From Candidatus Heimdallarchaeum endolithica (GTDB taxonomy: Archaea; Asgardarchaeota; Heimdallarchaeia; Heimdallarchaeales; Heimdallarchaeaceae), in the NCBI GenBank assembly GCA_021513715.1, contig CP084167.1, forward strand, positions 256,001-320,000: 64,000 nt of DNA. Direction: 5' to 3'. The translations under genes and the position numbers were made by a program. The notes beneath the pieces were generated by a model. That model worked only from the letters and a program-made list of their open reading frames with translations, did not search any database and was not told where the DNA came from. Position 1 is the stretch's first letter, and every line of letters begins with the position of its first letter. This document shows, in pieces, positions 19,742 to 28,860 of the stretch.

Positions 19742-20653
19742 ATGGAAACTGTTGAAAAAGAATCGAAAGATGTTACGATAAGGAATGTAGACACAGAATT
19801 ATATGATCAATTTTCAACTTATGCAAAAAAAGAAGGATTAACAACTGGAGAACTATTCAATATTCTTTTCTCTGGATTTATTGATCAAAACATATCTCCA
19901 TTGAGATTAGTGCGTAGAAGGACACATAGAATAAAAAGTCATGAAAGGCCAGAAGTTATTTCTGATATGGATGAGCTTACAATATCAAGAAAAGATTTAG
20001 AAGTACTTAAGGGGAAGAAAACGTTTTTCTTTATTAGAATTAACAATCTAGTTTTTAATGAGGATGTAGATGGAAAACTATTGTCAGAAACCATTCATGC
20101 TATTGGAAAATGTGACAATGTTCAATTCAAAGGAGATGTTCCTAAACTTGTTGAACTAGGACTTGTAATTAAAAAAGGAAGTTACATCTACCCATCTGAT
20201 TCTGAAAAACTTAAAGATATAACCATCAGAAAAGTTTCAAAAGAAGTTTATGATGCTTTTTTAGCTAAAAGTAAAGAGGAAGAAAAAACTACAGGAGAAT
20301 TATTCTCTGAAACTTTGGCTTTCTATCTTCCTACTTTTGAAATATTTGAATATGTACGAATTATTGAGAGAGAAACTAGAACTTACCCTTTAATTGTAAG
20401 AGATATAGAAGAATTAACAGTTTCTAATAAGGATTTAGAGCAAATTTCTCCTAAGAAAGTTCTTTTTTACAGAATCAAAAAAATTACTTTCGAAAAGGAA
20501 GTTTCAGTTCAAAATTTTGAAAAAAGCATAGGTAAAATAATTAAATGTAGACAAGTTTTCATTCCTGAAGAAATACCTAAACTTCTTGCTCTAGCTAGAA
20601 CAACTGAAGGTTGTGAAACTTATTTAGGGAAAGAAAAGATAAGATGTTATTAA
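19742..20653 (+). CDS. Putative transcriptional regulator with an internally duplicated RHH-like + beta-rich module
   Basis: KDVTIRNVDTELYDQF..AKKEGLTTGELF is repeated as KDITIRKVSKEVYDAF..SKEEEKTTGELF; both halves end in a (V/I)PKL motif. Confidence 0.7.
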   Translation: METVEKESKDVTIRNVDTELYDQFSTYAKKEGLTTGELFNILFSGFIDQNISPLRLVRRRTHRIKSHERPEVISDMDELTISRKDLEVLKGKKTFFFIRINNLVFNEDVDGKLLSETIHAIGKCDNVQFKGDVPKLVELGLVIKKGSYIYPSDSEKLKDITIRKVSKEVYDAFLAKSKEEEKTTGELFSETLAFYLPTFEIFEYVRIIERETRTYPLIVRDIEELTVSNKDLEQISPKKVLFYRIKKITFEKEVSVQNFEKSIGKIIKCRQVFIPEEIPKLLALARTTEGCETYLGKEKIRCY

Positions 20654-20667
20654 GTTTGAGAATTTTA

Positions 20668-21720
20668 CTAATTCTTTTCTTGCCATTTACGGAATTCTGA
20701 ATGAGAAATTAAGTATTGATTTTTTAGGGGTCTTAATCCTTTGTCTAGTTCTTCTCTACTTAACCATTTTATTGATTTATGATCCTTGTAATAAAGTACG
20801 TTTATTGCATGTGGAATGATTTCTCCAATTAAGTGAGTAGAAATTGATTCAGGAATGTCTAACTCTCCGTCACAGACAAAAGGAATAGCATCTTCTAATT
20901 CTACTTCAATTTTTTTTGCTGTAGAATAAATTCCTCCTTTGATTTTAAGATGCTCACCATTAAAGATTGTCATCAATCCTTTCAAAGTTTTAAGTTTAGT
21001 AAAATTTTCTGTTAAAAAGAAATCAAATAATTCTTTTTGTGGATGTGCATCTGGGCAACCTATCATTCCTCCTCCTAATGAAATTCCATTACCAAAAATT
21101 AATAGCATAAGTTTAACATTGTATTTTTTTTCGTCATCAATTGTTACTACAGCTTTTCTTTGTTTCATAGTGACTAATTTTTTCAGAGCTAGCAAAGTAT
21201 ATCTACTAGCACTTTTGATAAACTTTAATTCTCCTTTTTTGTTTCCTAAACCAACTTCAGAAGAGATACCTGCATCTAGCAAATTAATAAAGTATCTTTC
21301 GTATCCTGTATCAACCAAATGAATTTTACCTATTGAAGCTGGAGAAACTGCTGACTTATTGAAAAGTACATCAATTGCGTTTTTCGGATTCCAAGGAAAC
21401 CCGAGAGTAGTAGCGTAATCATTTCCTGTTCCAAAGGGTAAAACTCCTAAAGCTACTTTTTTCCTCTGTTCTGTAGGCAAGTTCATTAGGCCATTTACTA
21501 CTTCATTTAAAGTCCCATCTCCGCTTGCAACAACAATTCTGTTAAAACCGTTTTTTACTGCTTCTTCAGCTAAAATGTTTGCTTGCCTTGGTCCACTAGT
21601 AAAAGAAACATCATAATCTATTTCTTGCTTTTTAACGACTTCTTCTGCTTCTTTCCACCTTTTTTCACATTGTTGAGATCCACTGTTTGGATTAATAATA
21701 AATTTCCATTTATAAGACAT
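20668..21720 (-). CDS. Diacylglycerol kinase family lipid kinase (YegS/DagK-like)
   Basis: INPNSG, SGDGTLNEVVNG, LPFGTGNDYA, DGE. Confidence 0.92.
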   Translation of the reverse strand: MSYKWKFIINPNSGSQQCEKRWKEAEEVVKKQEIDYDVSFTSGPRQANILAEEAVKNGFNRIVVASGDGTLNEVVNGLMNLPTEQRKKVALGVLPFGTGNDYATTLGFPWNPKNAIDVLFNKSAVSPASIGKIHLVDTGYERYFINLLDAGISSEVGLGNKKGELKFIKSASRYTLLALKKLVTMKQRKAVVTIDDEKKYNVKLMLLIFGNGISLGGGMIGCPDAHPQKELFDFFLTENFTKLKTLKGLMTIFNGEHLKIKGGIYSTAKKIEVELEDAIPFVCDGELDIPESISTHLIGEIIPHAINVLYYKDHKSIKWLSREELDKGLRPLKNQYLISHSEFRKWQEKN

Positions 21721-21783
21721 TGATATTTAAAAATAATATACTTGCTTAAAAAAATATGGTAGAAACGTTAGAAAATAATTTGT

Positions 21784-22569
21784 TTATTCAATAAAAGGCA
21801 AGTAATCTTCTTCATTCGCTACTATATTCTTTATTTCAGTGAATGCTTGTTGCACTTTATCTTCTTCACCTATAATTAGAAAATGCAATGACCCCTCAGC
21901 TTTTCCTACTCCACCTGATCCTATATGAACAAATTCAACTTCTGGAAAGAGATATTCAAAGGCATCTAATTCAGTAAAAACTTCTCCAACTATAGGCATT
22001 AACCCAATAGGATGTCCCATTACAAGTTCTGGTTTAAAAGTTTCATTACCCAACAATTGCGCTAGAAGATAAACGTCTTCAGAGCTTCTTTTAATTAAAC
22101 TAATTGGGACAAGTATGGGAATCCCTCTTGCTACAGCAATTGGTAGGATATTTCCAATTGTTCCCCCATTCGGATGAGCTATGTAAACTCCAGCTATATA
22201 ATTATCATCTAAAACATTACCTCCCTTTACTATTAAATCTTCAGTACTAAACTTCTCTATCTCTTGCTTTGTCTCATCTATCTCTCTTATTTCTTTTTTT
22301 TCTATTACGATTTCTTTCATTCTTTTATCTGCAGAAACTCCACCATACCTTTTTTCAAACTCCTTATCTCCTGTAATTTGCCCAGCAACATAAAACTGTT
22401 TTTGAATTGTTTTTTTCTTAATTTCTTCCAGAATATAAGCGTTTGTTGATCCTCTTGCAAGAAAAATTTTTCCTTTTTCAAATGAATTTTTAAAACTAGG
22501 ATGTTCAAGAATCCCTTTTGCCATTATTCTTTTGCATTCTGGTTGAGTTAAAACAATTAGAGCTTTCAT
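21784..22569 (-). CDS. Conserved hypothetical protein (CoA-transferase/isomerase-like fold suspected)
   Basis: RGSTNAYI, KGGNVLD, GGTIG and GSGGVG conserved-looking motifs. Confidence 0.6.
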   Translation of the reverse strand: MKALIVLTQPECKRIMAKGILEHPSFKNSFEKGKIFLARGSTNAYILEEIKKKTIQKQFYVAGQITGDKEFEKRYGGVSADKRMKEIVIEKKEIREIDETKQEIEKFSTEDLIVKGGNVLDDNYIAGVYIAHPNGGTIGNILPIAVARGIPILVPISLIKRSSEDVYLLAQLLGNETFKPELVMGHPIGLMPIVGEVFTELDAFEYLFPEVEFVHIGSGGVGKAEGSLHFLIIGEEDKVQQAFTEIKNIVANEEDYLPFIE

Positions 22570-22713
22570 AATACTTTTTTCACATTATAAATAAAAATAT
22601 TAGTATTCCATCTTATTCTTACTTCCTTCAATATACTAGGATAAATTCAAACATATTTAGTGTAAAAACTTAAATTCTAGATTTTAATCTGTAAATATAT
22701 AGGGATTGACACA

Positions 22714-24732
22714 ATGCAATTAATATTTGAAGAAATGTTAAAAAGATTAAACGAAACAAGTAAAAAAATTGTAATGAATGAAGTAACTAAACAAAATTCT
22801 TCTAACCCTAACGAGATGCTTCAACAAGGAGCTTTTTCTGCATTGAAAATTCTTTTACATGAAGAGAAAACTATCCCTTCAAACAATCAACAAATAGTTA
22901 CTTTAGCTACTCTTACTTGTTATTTAACTCAAAAAATGAGAGCTACAACAGAGCTTATTGACACTCTTAAGAAAGTTGATGACCCTTTTGTTTCTTTATT
23001 TAATCTCTATTTTCAAGAGAATCCCCAGAATTATACAAAAATAGTAAGAGAGATTGATGCTCAAGAACAAGAAATTAAGAAAAAGAAAAAGATAACAAAC
23101 GAGATTCAAGCAGCAATTTATAATATTCAATCCTGGGTTCATGGACAACAAGGAGAGATAGATAAGATTAAACCTATTTTAGTAACAGTTAAAGAAAGAA
23201 TAAAAGAGTCAAAAGAGATTATAGAACATCATCATCTACATGAAGCTTTTCATAATATAATGTGGTGGTTACTCCATTCAGGTGTAGATGTTAATTATGA
23301 AAAGGAATTTGAATTCATCGAACCTTACATCGAGAAATATGGTTCATATAAAAGTAAAACAACTTTCTTAAACGTAAAGGGGAGTATTAACAGTTATTTT
23401 GGTAAAAACAAAGAAGCTATAAACTGTTTTCAAAAGCTCATTAAAATACATAGTCAATTTAATGATAATTATCGTTTATCCATTGCAACAGGGAATTTAG
23501 CAGAAGTTTTAGCAGTCGAAGGGAAAATAAAAAAAGCGAAAGATATGATGGAAACAGCTATAAGTCTTTATAAGGAAAGTACAGGAAAATGGCCCTATTT
23601 ATACCTGACTGAAATTGGTAACTTATACTTCCTTTTAGGAGATGAGAGAGCAGAAAAATCATTTTTATCAGCTTATGAAATACAAAAAAATGAAAAATCA
23701 ATGCACAAAGCGTTTATTTTGTTTGAACTAATACATTACTTTTTGAGAGTAGAAAAAATAGAAAAAGTGAAGAACTATTTAAAAGAATTAAAAAGTCTAG
23801 CTCGAGAACTTGAAGTTCCTTCAATTAACATTAGAGTTGACTATTTACGAGGTTTCTTGGAAATGCTTCAACATAATCTAACTAGTGCTATTTCTTTCCT
23901 TCACTCTTCACTTGAAAACGCTTCTCTTATTAGTGATACAGAATTAATTCTTTATTCAAACATTCAGTTAGCAGTTGCTTACTTAATTTATTATCGACTA
24001 CTTGAAACTCAAGAAAACCTCAATTTAGCATTAAACTACTGCGAAACTGTTAAACAACTAGCTATAGAATATAAACACAATCAACTTCTGGCAGTAAGTT
24101 TTCTGGTTAACGCGGTTTTAGTAGCAATAGATGGAGATTCTGACACTGCTTTTAATTTGTTATTAGAAGCTCGAAAAATAAGTGAGGAAATAGAATTAGA
24201 CACTCTCAAAAAGGATATAGATGAAGTGGAGAAGAATGTTCGTCTTGCTGAAAAAACAGGTACATTAGAAATAAAAAAACAAAATGTGATCGATTTTATT
24301 CTTCCTCAATTCAAGTCTTTGTTATCTCTTAAAGTAGAGAGTTCAAAAAACCATGAAACAGAGATTTTAGGTCTACTTGTTATTAGCGAAAGTGGTGTTC
24401 CTGTTTATTCAAATCTTAAAGAGAAACTCAAAGCTGATGATATCTTACTTTCAGGTTTACTAATGGCCATAAATCAATTAGCTGAAAGCATTACAGGTGA
24501 TAAGCAAATACGTAGACTGAAAGATGTTTTTTACGAAGATTTTACAATTAGTTTACAAGCAATAAAAAACGGTATTATTGCAGTAATAGCTTCAGAAATG
24601 AGTTCAGAAATAAGAATTTGGACACTTTCCCTAGCTGAAAGAATAAAAGAGATACCAAAAGCTCCAGTAAAACCTCAATTTTATGAAAAAAACATAAGAG
24701 AAATTCTTGAATATACTGGATTTAGTAGATAA
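22714..24732 (+). CDS. TPR-repeat protein with C-terminal longin/roadblock-like domain
   Basis: TPR-like helices (GNLAEVLAVEG..AKDMMETAI); C-terminal ILGLLVISESGVPVYS..LLSGLLMAINQLAE. Confidence 0.8.
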   Translation: MQLIFEEMLKRLNETSKKIVMNEVTKQNSSNPNEMLQQGAFSALKILLHEEKTIPSNNQQIVTLATLTCYLTQKMRATTELIDTLKKVDDPFVSLFNLYFQENPQNYTKIVREIDAQEQEIKKKKKITNEIQAAIYNIQSWVHGQQGEIDKIKPILVTVKERIKESKEIIEHHHLHEAFHNIMWWLLHSGVDVNYEKEFEFIEPYIEKYGSYKSKTTFLNVKGSINSYFGKNKEAINCFQKLIKIHSQFNDNYRLSIATGNLAEVLAVEGKIKKAKDMMETAISLYKESTGKWPYLYLTEIGNLYFLLGDERAEKSFLSAYEIQKNEKSMHKAFILFELIHYFLRVEKIEKVKNYLKELKSLARELEVPSINIRVDYLRGFLEMLQHNLTSAISFLHSSLENASLISDTELILYSNIQLAVAYLIYYRLLETQENLNLALNYCETVKQLAIEYKHNQLLAVSFLVNAVLVAIDGDSDTAFNLLLEARKISEEIELDTLKKDIDEVEKNVRLAEKTGTLEIKKQNVIDFILPQFKSLLSLKVESSKNHETEILGLLVISESGVPVYSNLKEKLKADDILLSGLLMAINQLAESITGDKQIRRLKDVFYEDFTISLQAIKNGIIAVIASEMSSEIRIWTLSLAERIKEIPKAPVKPQFYEKNIREILEYTGFSR

Positions 24733-24763
24733 AGAGGAAGTTTTAGGCTCTTTTAAAACGAGA

Positions 24764-27700
24764 CTAATCTTCCATTAATTCTCTAATATTACTATTTGCG
24801 AAAGGTTTGATTTTTTCAAGTTCATCAGTAAATACTATCATTGTTTCAAAAGTAAGCTTTTCTTCAGGTTTTATTTTTGCTAGAGGAGATTGCGCGATTA
24901 TGTTTGAAAGAGTTAAATTGGGTATATATGGTTTTACATAATATCCAAATCGCTTAGAGTTGATTACAACACCTAAATAATAGGGGGCATCTTTATTTTT
25001 GTAAGCTACCCATCTTGTTTCTCTTTTCTTATGTTTCCAAGCTTCACTTTCAAAATCTTGAGTTCTAAAGGTTAAATAAGTCTCACCATTATCAATATAG
25101 TATTTATCTTCTGTTGTCCCTGATGGTTCAAGGTTAATATTTATTACTGGATTAAAGTATCTAGAAACTCCAGAATGGTTGCAAATTTGCTGTTGCACTA
25201 AAAGAAAAGGTGAATCAGGTAGTGTCAAATAGAAATTAGTAACTTGTAATCCTTTAAGATAAGGAGAGTAAGTTATTATTTCGCTTTTCATTCCTACTCC
25301 TTCAAGTCTTCCTTTTCGAACATCAGGTAATAGTTCAAATTTTAGATCTAAATAATCTTGGAAATCCCAACTATTATATTGTGTAATGTGTGGAGCAATT
25401 CCTCCAAAAAAGCGGTTATCCCAGAGAAAGGGTGGACTCTCTGGCCAAAAAGTTTTGAATATATTTTTTTGGTCTTTATAGGATAAAAAGTAAGCCACTC
25501 CATTAAAGTTATGACTTGCACGAAATGTAAGTAATCCATTAGAAACTTGAATATATTTGTTTTTTTCTTCTTTAATCTCTTTTTTGATTGGTTTATCTTT
25601 ACTGTAGAAACATAAACTAATATCTTTTTTATCAATATATGAACCTGTATCTAACATCAATTTTTCTTTTAATGTTTCAAGGGAATCAGGAACATCAATT
25701 TTTAGACTTTGTGAAAACCTAGCAATTTTCTTACCTACTAGTTTTATTGAATTAGGATAAATTTTACCTTCTTTGAATAGAATTTCTCCTTTAAACGCCG
25801 TAGGTAGAAAGGCGTCAAAATTAAAGTAGAATTTAGAGCTATTTTTATCAATAAATAACCCATCAACAATTGATGTTTCTTTTCCTAATGAAATACCATA
25901 AATTCTCATAGGTGAAGGTAGTTCGTCTTCTTCATCAACTAAATATTTACTCAAATATAGTTCAGACCATTTTTCTCTTATACTCTTCCAATCATCAGCA
26001 AAAAAGAAATATGCAGCTGGAAGCTCAATTTTAGTTTTTGGCTCAATAAATGGGAGAATATAATCTACATGCGGAAATGTGCTATCTAAGTATACTTTAT
26101 CTGTTTTTTCTAAATTAAAGAGAAAACCAGCAAAACCATTATCATATTTACAAGCAACCCAACCTTCTTTTAGTTTTGAAGGATCTTTTCCTAATTCAAG
26201 CGATAGTTCGAATAGATTAGAGTAGTAAATTCCTTCTTTTAATGGAATTATCTTATATTTTTGTATTTGATGTTCAGACCACCACCAATATCCATAATGA
26301 ACACCCATGTTCTCTATTTTACTATCTGTAGTATTTTCTAGTTCATAATTAATCTTCAATGGAGATGCATCATGAGGAATAAAGAGTTTTCTTACAACTT
26401 TTATACCCGTCTTATTTTCAGAAAGACCTGTACTTATGAGTAAAAGTCCATGCTCTAACTCTTTTATCTCATGGTCAAGTTTTTTAGTGTAAAACTCTGA
26501 ACCTTCATTGTCAAATGGTAATCCTAAGACGATCGAATTTCCTATTATTTTGAGTTTTCTCTTTTTATCATCGATATAAATCATATTACTACTTAAAGGA
26601 CTTTCATCGAATTTTACTCTGACATACTTATTTTCAACATAGTGGAATTGGTTTATCTTATAGTGAATAGCTTTATCTTTATCAACTATTAATAAAGGTA
26701 AATCAAATGAGCCAATCTCCTTGTTTAACTCACTGGAATAGATTTTAGCTTGTATATAGTCTACTGTAGTATATGTTTTTTCTACTTCTGCATTTATTTC
26801 AACCAAGTTGTCATATATCGAAATTTCTGTTTCTATAGTATTAGAGAGAAAAGAGACATATTTCCCATTTTTAATTTTTAGTGTCCAATTTTGCTTTTCT
26901 CCAGTAAAATTACTGATACTAAAGGGAATAGAGGTCTTTGAAACAGGTAAAACATTTAAGTAATATGGAAAAATCTCAACTTTTACTGGTGATTTAGGAA
27001 TCTTACCAACATATAGATTAAATTCATTTTCACTATACTGAATTTTAAAAGAAACATAATGTTCTACTAGAGATTGTTTGAATTTTTTATCATCAAATTC
27101 AGGAGTAGATGAAAGAAATGAACCTTCAAAAGACAGTTTTATCTTTGTATTTGGTTTAAGTTTAATTTGTTCATCTGTCTTTGTTTCATTTAATATAATT
27201 GATGAAGAGCTAATTATGGAAATATCAAGAGTTTTTTCTTCATTTGTGTTGTTAGAAACTTCTAAGAAAACAGGAAATTTTTCTACTCCTATAAAAGCTT
27301 CAGATTTAGGAGTATAAGCCTTTATAGATATTTCTTCTTTCTCATGTTTTAAATGGAAACCACTAATATATCCAATTGTTCTGTCAATCCAAGTAGTTAA
27401 TTCGAAATCTTCTTTTTCATTTTTGAATTTGTATTCATATATTTTCATTTTTTCAATAAATTCTTTATCTTGCTCTTGAGAAATATGTGGTTTAAAACTG
27501 TCATACCAAGATATTTGCTTAAAAATTGGTTTAAAGAGAGGAAAATTAAGAATTTGGGGGATATAATTTTCCATATAAACTACTGTATCTGGTCTCCACT
27601 TGTATCCTTGTCGTTTATAAAGAGGCATAGCTTTCAAATTTCCTCCCCAAGTATGAAGTGAAATTAACCTTGCTTGTTTTTCCAAAGCAAAATTAGTAGC

Positions 27701-28078
27701 TTTGAGTAATAATGATTTGCCAATTTTTTTACCTTGAAAGGCAGGATCTACTCCTAAAAGAGCCACATACCAAGCATCTTTTAAATGAGAGCTTCTATTA
27801 CAATAACATACTCCAACAATTTTTTGATCTTCATCTTTTGTCAATGCAACAAATTGAGAAGAAAGATCTTTTAACGAATATTCATTCTCAGCCCACTCTT
27901 TAGTAAAAACAAATGATCCTCCAAATCCATCAGGCCAAGAATCAGAATCATTAAAAGAATTAAAGCAACGAGCTATCTCCTTGTAATCTTTTTCTGTTTT
28001 TTGTAATGGTCTGATTTCGATATTGGAGACTGGTTCTGGAAAGATAACCTTTTTTTTATTAATATTCATTTTTTTCAT
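24764..28078 (-). CDS. Large GNAT N-acetyltransferase with extended beta-rich C-terminal domains
   Basis: LGVDPAFQGKKIGKSL (motif A), HTWGGNLKAMPLYKRQGY. Confidence 0.85.
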   Translation of the reverse strand: MKKMNINKKKVIFPEPVSNIEIRPLQKTEKDYKEIARCFNSFNDSDSWPDGFGGSFVFTKEWAENEYSLKDLSSQFVALTKDEDQKIVGVCYCNRSSHLKDAWYVALLGVDPAFQGKKIGKSLLLKATNFALEKQARLISLHTWGGNLKAMPLYKRQGYKWRPDTVVYMENYIPQILNFPLFKPIFKQISWYDSFKPHISQEQDKEFIEKMKIYEYKFKNEKEDFELTTWIDRTIGYISGFHLKHEKEEISIKAYTPKSEAFIGVEKFPVFLEVSNNTNEEKTLDISIISSSSIILNETKTDEQIKLKPNTKIKLSFEGSFLSSTPEFDDKKFKQSLVEHYVSFKIQYSENEFNLYVGKIPKSPVKVEIFPYYLNVLPVSKTSIPFSISNFTGEKQNWTLKIKNGKYVSFLSNTIETEISIYDNLVEINAEVEKTYTTVDYIQAKIYSSELNKEIGSFDLPLLIVDKDKAIHYKINQFHYVENKYVRVKFDESPLSSNMIYIDDKKRKLKIIGNSIVLGLPFDNEGSEFYTKKLDHEIKELEHGLLLISTGLSENKTGIKVVRKLFIPHDASPLKINYELENTTDSKIENMGVHYGYWWWSEHQIQKYKIIPLKEGIYYSNLFELSLELGKDPSKLKEGWVACKYDNGFAGFLFNLEKTDKVYLDSTFPHVDYILPFIEPKTKIELPAAYFFFADDWKSIREKWSELYLSKYLVDEEDELPSPMRIYGISLGKETSIVDGLFIDKNSSKFYFNFDAFLPTAFKGEILFKEGKIYPNSIKLVGKKIARFSQSLKIDVPDSLETLKEKLMLDTGSYIDKKDISLCFYSKDKPIKKEIKEEKNKYIQVSNGLLTFRASHNFNGVAYFLSYKDQKNIFKTFWPESPPFLWDNRFFGGIAPHITQYNSWDFQDYLDLKFELLPDVRKGRLEGVGMKSEIITYSPYLKGLQVTNFYLTLPDSPFLLVQQQICNHSGVSRYFNPVININLEPSGTTEDKYYIDNGETYLTFRTQDFESEAWKHKKRETRWVAYKNKDAPYYLGVVINSKRFGYYVKPYIPNLTLSNIIAQSPLAKIKPEEKLTFETMIVFTDELEKIKPFANSNIRELMED

Positions 28079-28142
28079 CTCTTTTCGTAAATGATTGTTC
28101 TTAAAAGATTTGTATTTCGAAGAGAAACAACCTTGAAAGAAA

Positions 28143-28202
28143 TTAATTCTTTGTGAGGGATTGTTTATGTTCTTCTAATTTACAAAAAATCTTCTCCGCC
28201 AT
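28143..28202 (-). CDS. Putative 19-aa upstream ORF/leader peptide MAEKIFCKLEEHKQSLTKN
   Basis: GAGGTGA Shine-Dalgarno (complement 28212-28218) 9 nt before the ATG at 28202; TAA at 28143-28145. Confidence 0.45.
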   Translation of the reverse strand: MAEKIFCKLEEHKQSLTKN

Positions 28203-28389
28203 TCTAAACAATCACCTCTTAACTGAAGAAAGAACAATTTTCTATTATTTATTTGTTTCTTTTCAAAACTAAAACAACTAAACAAATTCAAATAAAGAAA
28301 TGAAAATCAAGTAATTTTTAAACACAAAAAATAAAAGGTTAGAAACAGATTGTTTTTTCAGAATTGTTAAATAAAACTTGTGATTTTTT

Positions 28390-28859
28390 ATGACTGATAA
28401 TCAGAAAGCTAAAAATTACCAAAGAAGAGGAAGACCATATATTAAAAATCCGATAACACAGCTTTCTATTATAGAACAAAGTGGAATGGTCCTTTTTCAC
28501 AAATCATATGTTAACACGAATGTAGATGAAGTTCTTTTCTCGGGATTTAGTGCAGCGATAGTGGTTTTTCCAGAGAACTGGGAACAAAATTATATAATAT
28601 CCAAATGGAACAGTTTAAATTTTATTTTAATGATTCAAAAACGTATTTTATTGTAGGAGGATTTCATCCTAAAGTTTGGAGAAGAGATATTAAAAAGATG
28701 ATTCAAGATATCTCTGCTGATTTAAGAGCTATTGAACTTAGTGAGATGATAAAAAAAGGAGTTTTCTACATTCCTGAGGAGTTCCAAAGTCTTATTATTC
28801 AGAGAATGAATGAATTGCAAATAAAGTATCTACTTCGTAAGAAAGAGGATAGAAGTTAA
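28390..28859 (+). pseudogene. Longin/roadblock-like domain gene split by a one-base deletion in a T-run (or a sequencing error)
   Basis: LSIIEQSGMVLFHKSY..LFSGFSAAIVVF. Adding one T to ggtttttcc (~28565-28569) continues as SRELGTKLYNIQMEQFKFY into ORF 28605..28859. Confidence 0.75.
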
Positions 28860-28860
28860 A

